Source: Cladosporium halotolerans
Taxonomy: Eukaryota
Assembly: GCF_011745625.1 (NCBI RefSeq)
Contig: NW_027191456.1
Location: 620,001-684,000 of the forward strand
Length of the DNA stretch: 64,000 bases
Reading direction: 5' to 3'
Position numbers and translations under genes: made by a program. This document shows, piece by piece, positions 20,955 through 31,540 of this stretch (positions are counted from its first letter, which is position 1; the number at the start of each line of letters is the position of its first letter). The notes beneath the pieces are model-generated. The model was not told the DNA's origin. It was given only the letters and a program-made list of their open reading frames with translations, and ran no database searches.

Positions 20955-22239
20955 TTAGTTCATCTGCCTGACGAGGGCGTTGATGTGCTCCTCGCGGTTG
21001 CCGAGGTCACCGCCCTCGACGAAGTGCTTGAACTTGCGGGTGCGGAAGCCACCGGTGGGGTTGGAGAGCTTGAAGGGCCAGAGGAAGTTGGCGGCCTGCT
21101 TGAAGTTGGGGCCGACGGTGTAGATCTCGTGGATCAGGTCCTCCATGCAGACAATGCCGTACTTGCCGAGGTGCTCCTCGATGATGGCGTTGTCGGTGAG
21201 CGGGATGCGCTGCTTGTTGGCCTTGGCGTAACCGCGCTTGTAGACGAGCTCGCGGACGGTCTTCAGGTTGGGGTAACCGTAGGCGACGAAGGGCTCGACG
21301 ATCTTGAGCATCTCAGAGGTGGCCTTGGTCAGACGGATGAAGACACCGTTGTTGATCTGAAGAAGACGGAGGAGCTGCAGGGTCTTGCGCTTCTTGGGGT
21401 CAATCTTGTTGATACCCTTGATGCGGACGACGAAGACCAGCTTGGGCTGGGCCGGGACGTAGTAGGAACCCTCGGACTTGGCGACGCGGGCAAGACGGAT
21501 CTGCTCACGCTCGTAGTCGCGGTACTCCTTGACGTAGGACTCGGCGCGCTTGAAGATCTGCTCGCGCTTGGTCTTGGACTCCTATTGGCAACAGTCAGAG
21601 GATGTTCGATGGAAGCCATGTAAAATAAGTGCGTGAAGCAGGGAGGTCGATCAGTCCCGAAAGATGGTTAACGTTACGACAACATCGCCGTAGCTAGTCG
21701 AGGTATGGTTGGTAGGCTTCATCACTATACCGCGGGTGAATGAAAACGAGTTGACTAACCTTCTTGCGGGCGTCACGCGCAGCAGCCTTGTCGGCAGCCT
21801 CCTTCTCAGCGGACTTGCGCTTCTTGAGAAGGGTCTCCGGGACCAGGATCTGGTCCTGGGTCGGGACGGAACTGTGAACAGCATGTTAGTCGGTCCGCTG
21901 GGAGCGTACTGCCGGAGCAGATAGCTCCGAGCGAAGAATTGCAGCGCAGTGGTCTGGCCCTAATGCATTCTCCGCTAAGCACCATGGTTTGCCTTGCGCG
22001 ACCATTGGTCGGCGACGGCATCGCTGGGTTTCCCCAAGCGTCGTTGTCCCTCCTCTTACTGCCTCACATTCTGACGAGCCATTTCTGACGTCGCGCAGGA
22101 TTGAGGCAATGAGTGCTGGCTTCCAAGCATTTTTTTTTTCGAGCTGGACCGACTGCGTTGCAATTCTTCACCCGGTGCTGGGGAGGCAATAGCCGAGTGC
22201 GACATACGTCTTGATGGTGGCAGTGGTCTTTCCGGGCAT
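20955..22239 (-). CDS. RPL7: 60S ribosomal protein L7 (uL30); introns 22207-21872 and approx. 21759-21582
   Basis: Exons read [10 protein letters not shown].., [19 protein letters not shown].., ..[26 protein letters not shown]...[14 protein letters not shown]...[15 protein letters not shown], with strong codon bias. Confidence 0.96.
21649..21728 (-). ncRNA. Intronic box C/D snoRNA of the snR39/snR39B/snR59 family in RPL7 intron 2
   Basis: On the minus strand: box C GTGATGA (21725-21719), box D CTGA (21654-21651), and the guide CCATCTTTCGGG just upstream of box D. The guide is complementary to the conserved LSU rRNA sequence CCCGAAAGAUGG. Yeast RPL7A/B second introns host snR39/snR59. Confidence 0.85.
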
Positions 22240-22536
22240 TTTGACGGTGGCTGCTGGGTTAGTCGTGAGGAGAGAAAGAGCGCCGTGATCGAGATGGAGA
22301 TTTGAAGTTCTCTAGCAAAATGGGCTTGTGTGTGCGGTGGTCAAAGCGCGGACGGCCCGCCTCGGTAGGGTAGCTCCGCTGTTGTCTGTTTTGAGCCTCA
22401 GGCAGCAAAGCTTCACGGGAACTCCACGGCCTCTTGAAACTGGTGGCTGCTGTTTCGTGTCGTTGCAAGTGATCATTTGGGATTGCAAAGATTACAAATC
22501 AGGTGCAGCGATATACATCGCTAGCGGCTCAGAACA

Positions 22537-23322
22537 ATGTCTTCCAACCGCCGCGGCGTCGGCCTCAGCGCCTTTTCGAACTCCGCTATCAGCGCCGACC
22601 AATATGCTCGCCACGGTCAGGCTCTACGCTCGAACCATGCCGAAGCACTGGCGAACCAGCTATCAGTATTCCAAGCCGCTCTTCACAACTTTAGTCTTAC
22701 ACACGCAAAAGACATCAGGCAGAACCCGCAATTCCGTGCCGAGTTTGCTCGCATGTGCAACGCTATTGGTGTGGATCCACTGGCTGGCAGTAATGTGAAG
22801 GGTGCCTCAACTTCAAATGGCAAAGCAAGCAGTGCATGGGCGAAGATGCTTGGCAGCAGTGTCAATGACTTTTACTTTGAGCTGGCTGTGCGAGTGGTCG
22901 AAGTCTGCAGAGAGACCAGAGCCGAGAACGGTGGCATGATCGCAGTGTCAGAGATGCGCAAGCGTATTGAGAAAGGCCGTGGTATTATCGGAGGTGGTAT
23001 TGATGTCACTGACGACGATATTGAAAGAGCCTTGGAATCCCTTGCGCCTCTGGAAGGTGGTTTCAAAGTCGTTCCCCTTGGATCTCACAGATTCATCCGC
23101 TCGGTACCCAAGGAGCTCAACCTCGATCAATCGACTGTGCTGGAAGTCATCCAGGTGTTGGGATATGTCACGGTGTCCATGTTACGTGACAATCTCGGCT
23201 GGGAGCGTGCGAGAGCTGTAGCTGTCATGGATGACTTGGTCTCTGACAGCCTTGTTTGGGTTGACTCGCAAGCTTCGGAAACTGAGTTCTGGAGTCCTGC
23301 CTCTATGCACGAGGGTGCTTGA
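22537..23322 (+). CDS. SNF8: ESCRT-II subunit Snf8/Vps22
   Basis: RRGVGLSAF N-terminus, FRAEFARMCNAIGVDPL, DFYFELAVRVVEVC...ENGG, SVPKELNLDQ, WVDSQ (EAP30/Vps36 family). Divergent from RPL7 across about 300 bp. Confidence 0.93.
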   Translation: MSSNRRGVGLSAFSNSAISADQYARHGQALRSNHAEALANQLSVFQAALHNFSLTHAKDIRQNPQFRAEFARMCNAIGVDPLAGSNVKGASTSNGKASSAWAKMLGSSVNDFYFELAVRVVEVCRETRAENGGMIAVSEMRKRIEKGRGIIGGGIDVTDDDIERALESLAPLEGGFKVVPLGSHRFIRSVPKELNLDQSTVLEVIQVLGYVTVSMLRDNLGWERARAVAVMDDLVSDSLVWVDSQASETEFWSPASMHEGA

Positions 23323-25147
23323 AGTCGCGAGCATTGGAAAACGAATAAGACTAAGCACCATCACCGCACCAATCCAGGCGCTCAACCCGATCGCGACAGG
23401 CCTCAAAAGATTAGTGCGGCGCTTGCATCACCCGACAGATTGCTCAAATGCATGTCTGGAGTCGCTCCATGAATCAATGCCTGCGTGAGCGCAGTTTGGT
23501 CTTTATCAGGCTGTTGCTCTCCTGATAGTCGTGCCAGCGCCTTACGTCTACGATCTTGCAAAATGCCATGCACCACGATATGACGGCAGGCAGAGCGATT
23601 TGGTCCTAGATTTTGTGGCTATATTACTCCGCGTCTTGAAAGCAAAATAAGGCATTAATTTTGCGAAGCCTAAGCGCAAAGTAGGCGGACATTGCGCGCG
23701 ATCTCGTGGGTTAGGAAACTCCCAGTGTCGGTCAGACGCGGAAACGAATCAAGAGATCTACGCTACGAGCAAGCGGAATTCACCTTGTGCGACGCTAATG
23801 AGTGACATCGACGGGATCCAGGGGAGAGCGCTAAGGCTTGTCTTGTACTGGCTAATCACTCCTTCGGTTTGAAGCGGTCGAACAAGTTGGGGAGAGACGG
23901 AACTATCGACTCGCCAACGGCACAGGAAGCAGTCAATTATGCTCCTTGATTGCTCCAAGGGGTGCATAGCGTGTAATCCACGTGTGCGCAAGGCTGAAAG
24001 TCATTGCAGTGAGTCTATGTGCCGTGAATGTTCGCACAGCGAGATCTCCACCGAGTGGGAGCGTGATGGCGTATGCAGCAAAGAAGGCATGTAGGGGGCT
24101 CGTACATCCTGAACCTCAATATTCGTCGCAGTGCTTTGCAGATTGTGTGGTAACGAAGTTACGCACATTGTGAACTCGAAGGACGACGCACGGGCGGCTA
24201 AGCAGCGCAACGCCCATCTTGCTGCAGCAGTGCTAGTTAACGGCGGAGCCACATGATAAAGAAGCCATGGCTTGATCATAATGCCAAGGGACTGGCGACT
24301 ACATCACAACCTTCGCTAGACGCGTTCCATATTACTATCACACGACCAGGCTCACGCAGTAAATAGTGAAGGCCATGCTCGCCGTTGCAGCTAGTCCCAC
24401 AACGCGGAGTTGGGATGGTGTCAGGATCCGTGACACTGTGTGGTGATCTCGTCCATCTAGTCTCGTCATGGCGACCTCATTGACAGGAGAGGCCAAAACG
24501 CGGGTACATGAACGAGACACGTCACTTGGCTTCGAAAATGGTGTCAAAGTGTCTGCATTAGCGTGCGATTCAGATCTGGAGACCCTTGGATCTGAGATTT
24601 GCCCCCAGCTTCTGTGGCGCACGTTCCTTCCACCAGACTCGTTTGCCCAAGTCGTGACGTTCATCAATGCCGCACTCTAGCCCTTTTAATTGCATGGTGG
24701 CACCAGATATGGCAGCATGGCAGGCGGGATGGAAACGATTCCATCGCCGCGATGGGTCTGATTGGGCGACACACGTCCTTGAACCATTCTAGGGAGGAAT
24801 CATCGCCTGCTAGCATGAACTGTCCGTCATGCTGACTCTCCAGAATCCCATGTACCCTCTGTGATCACCCCTCACGCCCCTTTCCCCGTCTCCCCAGACA
24901 CATTGGGCTCGTTGCATTGGCGTGACTGTTGACATCAACATGACATACACAAGCCTCACCACCCTTCATGACGCAGCTTTGAAGCACTCTACCGTTGTCA
25001 TGTCGATGGAGGGGCTAATGGTGGATGGCGCAATCTGATCGCATAAGTATCCTTGGATGCCGCACACCCTTTGTCCGTTCTATCATCCCACAGAAAACTA
25101 CCGCCTCTTTCAACAACAGAATCTTGCCACGACATAAACAAGCCACA

Positions 25148-25516
25148 ATGAGCGACCAGAACGACATCCCCACCGGCGAGTTCCAGGACAACGAGTATCA
25201 GAGCCGTACTGGTCAGAATCAGGTTCCCGTCCAGTCCGACAACAAACCCGTCGAGGACCCGATTGACGGCAACGTTGCCGACTCTGATGCGCAGCTCGGT
25301 AAGCCCGATCCACGTTTCGCTTTAGATACGATGACTTGATAGCTGACACTCAGTATAGAGAGAGATGACAACGAAGCTATCAACAAGGGCAACATGATCA
25401 ATGAGCGGACCAGAGGTGCAGCCAAGTCTGGCGGCACCTACCAGGAGCCTGGCGACGAGGAGGGTCTCCCGGGCCCTGACGATGGTACCAGCCGTGTCAC
25501 CGGTTCGGGTGTTTGA
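25148..25516 (+). CDS. Small acidic hydrophilic conserved fungal protein (about 102 aa; resembles proteins annotated as CHZ-like); intron 25299-25358
   Basis: CACAATG context; MSDQNDIP...YQSRTGQNQVPVQSD..VEDPID..ADSDAQL|ERDDNEAINKGNMINERTRGA..YQEPGDEEGLP; canonical splice sites. Confidence 0.75.
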
Positions 25517-26999
25517 ACGCTTTTGACGACGAATGAATTACTGTAATATACCTATGAATTGAATTTGAGTTTTTCTGAGTATTCATCCTGTTCTCCAACA
25601 CTGCTTTCAATGTCGCACTATTGTTTGAGAAGCCATGTCGGTATTCCCATGCGCAAGTGGGAAGACAGATGAACCTTGCCATGTGTCAGTTGATCCCGTT
25701 CTGTTAGAAGTCGAGCAACCCATTGGTACTGCCAACGAACAGAACATCAATGCACTGACATAATCACCGATTCGATCGTGAGGTAATACTACCCAAAGCG
25801 AAAGAGTTGCGAGCCCAACTGTGTTTTGGTTCGTGGACATCCATCACTTTGTCCAAAGTGGACTCCAGCGCTTCATTGAGGACCGAGACGGCAAAAATGT
25901 CCCTTCGTTGATTGTCTGTTCGTCAACGCAAACGATGTACAATAGGTAGGAAAAATACCGGGACGCAACTGTACCTACGTACAAAGGACCAAAAAAGAAA
26001 TCGCAAAAGTAATGCAGCTTCTGTGGATCGAACACAGTACCTCCAGATACCGCACAGAATGCTTTGACATGAAGTGAACTTCAGTCTGGCGCTCTCCCAT
26101 GTGAGCTAAAGCTGCTATTTGATGAGAGCACTTTCGTCAGAAAATCTTATATAATGTGATTATTTTTTCCATCACGCTACATGTTCCATCTGGACTATCC
26201 TGGCGCATCGTAATCGTCAGCCTTGAAAAATCAGAAACGGAGATGCAATCTTCTCCATTCGAGCCTGAAATTCTGGCTACTCCACTGCAAAGCTAGTGTG
26301 CTAGACGTCCGTCGAACCGCCAATGACCCGGCAGTCGACGATTTACTTCACGATTCGCTTCAACGTTCAAGCCCAAAGTTAGCGTGCGCATCACGCCAAA
26401 AGATCGAAACGTAGAGAAAAGGCTCACACGGATGAAACGCTTACAACTCTCAGAGATCCGTTCGATTCCTCAAACTACGGACAGCCCAAACGCCAGAACG
26501 AAACGAGAAAAACGAGGAAGAAGCGGGGAAAGCGCGATCTCGGCTCGAACAGCCCCTCTACGAGACTCCCGCTGCCAACGCAGACCACAAAAATCAAGAG
26601 ACAAGAGACGTCGAATAAGGAAACTAATACTAGCATTGCTTTTTTTCTCTCTCTATTTTTGCTCAGAACGCACAGACTCGCACGCGACGACGATTCGAGA
26701 CAGTGAGGAACTGCTTTTGTTGTGGTTGTAACATTTAAGGTAACTGTTTCTCGCGAAAGGGCCAAAAACGCTGAGGGTATCTTTGGTTGGATTGGAAAGC
26801 TGGATTGCAGGGGGTCGCGCCATCCGAGAAGAAGGCGCCCGTTTGTGTGCTCGCTGCCCGATGGTGGGGCCGGGATTTGGAAAAATGGTTGCGTTGCTCG
26901 AATGGAAGTGGTGGATTCGTGAGAGCACAGCGCGAGACCAGTCACGCTGGCGTCGAAGATGTGATATCGTAGCCGGGTCATTAGGTTGTGGGGCGTTCC

Positions 27000-29182
27000 C
27001 TACTTCTTGAGAGAATAGCCGGGAGAGAGCGTCTGGTCCAATCTGCCAGACAGACTCTGTCCGCGACTCCGAGGACGGCGGGCAGAGAGCGGGCTACCAA
27101 TGGATGGGGCGGCAGGCTTCCTGATCCCAGAGTTGGTTCTGTTCAGGTCTCTGCTGAGACGTCTCTTGCGTGCAGGGGTGATGGGTGCGTTGCCAGCACC
27201 GCGACGGCCAGTCTGAAGTGCATTGATTTCTGAAGTCGACGCACGACTGTCTGGATGCGAGGCGAGAGAGCTCTCCTGCTTTGCGCGGTGTTGGTTCAGA
27301 CGGAAGGAACCGACCATCCCACGCGAGAGGAACGATGGCTCGGTCGGAGAGGTTACGGCAGCAGACCAGGCTCCATCATTTTCTTCATCAGAATCCTGGT
27401 CGAGGTCAATGAGCATGCCGAAGTCAGGGTAATCTTCGTCGGCATCGCTGCCTTGCTCGGTGGGAGCAGGGGTCGTAAAAGCGCTTTGGGAAGGCGTGTA
27501 AGATGACTGAGGCGCAGCGCGAGGGGGCGGAGGTGAGACTTCCTGATGGCGCATGAAGTCGAAGTTTCCATCAAACATCGTGGAGAGCGTCGACTGGGCT
27601 GTGAAAGGACGAGCTGGCTGTTCGTCTTTGTCGTTGCGATTCGGCAACGTGATGGACATGGAACCGCGAGGACTATTATCACGGCTGCTAGCTGCGCTGC
27701 GGGCACGGTCCCAGAAGGCCTTGTTCTTCGCCGAAGGCTGAGTCGGCATGTACAGGACGGTTTTCTTGCCTGTCGCGTCGGAGACCACAGTTGCTTTGGT
27801 GGGATCGCACACGAAAGTGCCTTGCCTGGGTCCCTTTTTGGTTTTGCTGATCTTATTGGCCGAGCCGTTATTGGTACTGTTAGAACGAGCGAGCGGTGCA
27901 GGTGTCCGCTTGCTGCTTGTCGGGGTGCTTGGGGCACTAGCAGTGGAGATGGGGCGGGAGATCTTGCAGACCTCATGCATCTTGGCTTGCGCCTCTTCGA
28001 GAGTCTCCTCTTCGGTCTCATAGCCACCGTCGTCTTCGCTGTCGTCGCTCACTTCATGATCAGGTTAGTCGTGGCAAACAAGGCATGGGGGTTAAACGTC
28101 AAAGACATACAATCGGACTCGCTGTCGTAGTCGGAGGAGTCGCTCTCCTCGTCCATCTCAAAGGCGAAACGATCAGCGTCGTCCTCAAAGTCATAGACAG
28201 AGCCAGTATCGCTGCCGTAGCCATTCATGTCCGGGTCCCCGCGATCCTGGGCGAGGAGCTGTTGAATTTTGGGATCATCCTGGTCCATGAATATATCAGG
28301 ATATTGGCTGTCAGCCTCGTCGTCGCTGCTGCCAGAGCTGCTGTGGCTCGAACTGCGAGACAAGGGCTCGCCCTCGGCAAAACGGACGCGCTTGGGTCGA
28401 TCGTTCGACTGGAAAGAATCCTCTCGAGCACGGTCAGTGTTAGGCATGCGCCAGAGATTCAGCTCGGCGTCGTTCATGAGACCTTGCCATTGAGAATCAA
28501 ACAGCTGTGCACCCTGGAAAGGGTCGTCGTTCAGGTCAAGAGGAGCGCTCAAACCAAAAGGATCATCCTCTTCACTGCCAATGCTGAGATTCCGGCTGCG
28601 ATATCCCGCCTCGTTCAACTCCTCGGTGAACCAGTCAGATTCGTTCTGAAGCTCAGAATTTGCCTCTTGCTCCAGATATTCCTCCCTGAGGTCCGACTCA
28701 GCAGCCTTCAGCATGTCCTTCTCAATCTCCTCGCCGGATCTTTCATCGTCGCTTATCGCGTCCAGTCCAGTGTAGTCGTCGTCAATCTCGAAGTCTTTCG
28801 CGTCGAGATCCTCTGCTCCTTCTTCTGTTTGCATGATATCCATCATTTCCGCGTCGTCCAAAAACATCATGTCTTCGTCTTGTAGTGCGTCCGAAGAGGG
28901 CTCCCCCGCCAGGCTCTTGTTCGGCTCTACCGTGAGTCGAGCGACACCTGACAGGGCTTCCGCATCCGCATCATCTTGAGCGGAAGCTTGGCCCTCGTTC
29001 GCACTACTGTCGGCTTCGGCGCCGCCGTCTTGATCGTCTTCGTTGCTCGTCGAACTGGACGGACGAGTCTGTTGTGCCGTGGGAGTCTTACTTGGCAGAC
29101 CCTTTGAGCTAGAGTGGGTGGACTTGGTCGGCAAAGCCATAGACGGCATGCCCATGGGCGCGGAGTTGTTCGGGTGAGCCAT
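27000..29182 (-). CDS. Large acidic, intrinsically disordered protein, possibly an Ifh1/Crf1-like transcriptional coregulator; intron 28110-28052
   Basis: Two long ORFs are joined in frame by GTATGT...CTAAC...AAG. D/E-rich N-terminal half, KRVRF motif, YPDIF, acidic GYETEEET stretch, then GTFVCDPTKA and a basic C-terminus. The family assignment is a tentative recollection. Confidence 0.6.
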
Positions 29183-31540
29183 TGAGGATAAAGTTTGTTG
29201 TGGTTGATAGGAGAGTAGAAATGAGATATTGTCGTATGCGCAGAGAGCGCAATGGAATGATGTGTCTTACGTTCGCTTGGTGTCGCCTTCGGGGCAACTG
29301 CGTGCGGTCTTGTGTGAGTGTGGTCGACCAAACCCTTGACTATGATAGGGCGGAGTCTGGGCTTCGTCGGTACAGGCTCCTTGAGCAAACGGAGCGTGAT
29401 TTAAGGTGCTAGTTACAGCAACCCTTTTGTCTTCGGTGATGCCGTGTTTCAATTGAGGGCGATGTATTTGGAGTGCTTGAAGCAACCAAAGAGTACGTGG
29501 TCGTCAGTGATTGAACCTTTTCGCTAAGCAGAGACCGGACTGGAGGGTGCCTCTTTGGCAGCCCCTCCAGCGGTGAATTTAGAGCTCAGCGACCGCCTGC
29601 GGCATCTTGTCCGACGAAGTAAGAAGTGTATGTGTACGGTGTGGTTAGTTATAAGGGGTGAGAGTCAGCGATATGGTGCAGTTGTTCTTTGTGCAAGAGA
29701 AGTGAAGTGTTCGGGGGAGAGACAGAGGGCTTTGGTAAACTTAGTCGATTTAGACTTTGGCTAGACTAGCGCGGCTCGTCGGTTCCACCCTCGCAGGCGG
29801 TGTGATCAAGCCAGAAGCACGTGAAGCGCGGGCTGACACCACTGGACTCGCTTCGGACGGCGACCACACTTCATGTACACATACACAACCGACTGACAGA
29901 GAGGTTCCGGCGGCTGACAACTTGTACATACTAAAGCAGAACATACACTCTACGGCCTCACATGCTTTGCAGCCTCACACCACGACTTTCGCCGCCGATG
30001 ACGAGGTTTTTCACAGAGAGTTCACTTCTAGCCCGACTGCCAATGACTCGCCCAATCAACTCAGCCCCGCGTCAGATCTGTTCGAACTAATGTACGCCTT
30101 GCAGCGAATGCCACTCTGGTCGCCTGTCTCTTGCCCAACCGTGGCGAGACGAGTGCTCCTCCTCCCGAGATGTCGCGTGCGTGGCTTCTTTTCTGATAGG
30201 CTCTGGTATTGTGATTCATCTGTCCTCCGGTATGAATCAGCGCAACGACACAGGCAGCAGCGGACGGTCCAGGTGTTCGTCCCCCTGCTGCCAGCCCGCC
30301 AGCCGAGGCGCGCGGCGAGAATCGTCATGCCCCACCTCCCGAAGATGGCGCCAGCCAACTCTGCTCAGAAAAACAACGGGCAGAAAGGACAACAATCCTC
30401 TCGCTTGCCTCGCCACGGCCTCTGCCGAGAAAAGCCCATCGCAAACCTGCAAGCCATACCCCGGCTTTGCCTGTCTAGCGTGCGGCCCGGATGAAGTTCC
30501 TGCGCAGAGCATGAGGTAGCGATCATCAGAGATTTGTTCATCGGACCCTGACGGCTGAGCCTGGATCACGATGCGGCCGGCCTCAGCGGATAGCCAGCTT
30601 TTTCTGCCTGTCCTTGTACAGTACAGCCGGTTGACAGGCGTCCGGGCCGGCGATGTGGTTCACAAGTTCTGTCGACCAGTACCAGCGTGCTTATTCAAGA
30701 CGCTCTACGCTGACCATCTGCTCCCTCAGGCATGCGCTGGCAAGGCTCACCCGCATGTCTGCATGTATATCTCCCCTTGCAGCATGTGCGAAACAGCGTG
30801 GTGGCCCACCTCGCTAATCCCTGCCTCGCATGTGTACAGACTTGCGGAAGCCGATTCAGCGCTTTGAAAAAAAAAGTTGACCCGGGGACAGCTTCTGTAG
30901 CTCTCACGCTCTCCTGATGTCTCTCCTGTCACTTGCCAGTCATCAACGAACCACTATGCGAACAGAGTCCTGGTAGATTGGCAGAAAAAAAGCCATCAGA
31001 CCCAGTCTTCCCAGACGAACCCACCCATGCCATCATCCCTTGCCCTTGGTCCCACCCCCTGCACTCCGTGATGTCGTCGTCGCTGCTCGCCTAAACCTCC
31101 GTCCAGACGCACCCCAGACCACGTGACATCGCAGCCCATAAAATTAGTAGACATCGCTGATTGACATCGCTGATTGACAAACTCAGGCATTGGGATGCGG
31201 ACGGGAGGGTTATTTAGTGAACAACATAGGCTTGGCAGTAGCGAACAGGAAGTCATCGCACGACGGGAACGCAGAGAGAACAGCTTTTTCCCGTATTCAG
31301 ATATTCATTTCATTCCAATCGCACGGTAATGGTAAGGTATTCAGGGCGTCAACACACACGCCCACCAAGACACAGAAACTGAAGAATCCCACTACGCAGA
31401 AAAGCCCGGGTGCAATCGGCTAGTCCTAGCCCCCCTTCGTATTCGCATGATCTTGATGGCGAAAGGAGGGAAAAGAGAAAAAAACAAGAGGTTCGTTACC
31501 ACCGGCCATCGTACTCCCACACCAACCTGCCCTTTTCCTC

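Noticed and set aside
26400..26480. GTTCGATTCC resembling a tRNA T-loop/B-box
   Set aside because: No cloverleaf, acceptor stem or A-box could be built around it.
29757..30494. 245-aa + strand ORF in the long intergenic region
   Set aside because: TTG start, no codon bias or motifs; likely non-coding leader or promoter sequence of the minus-strand gene.
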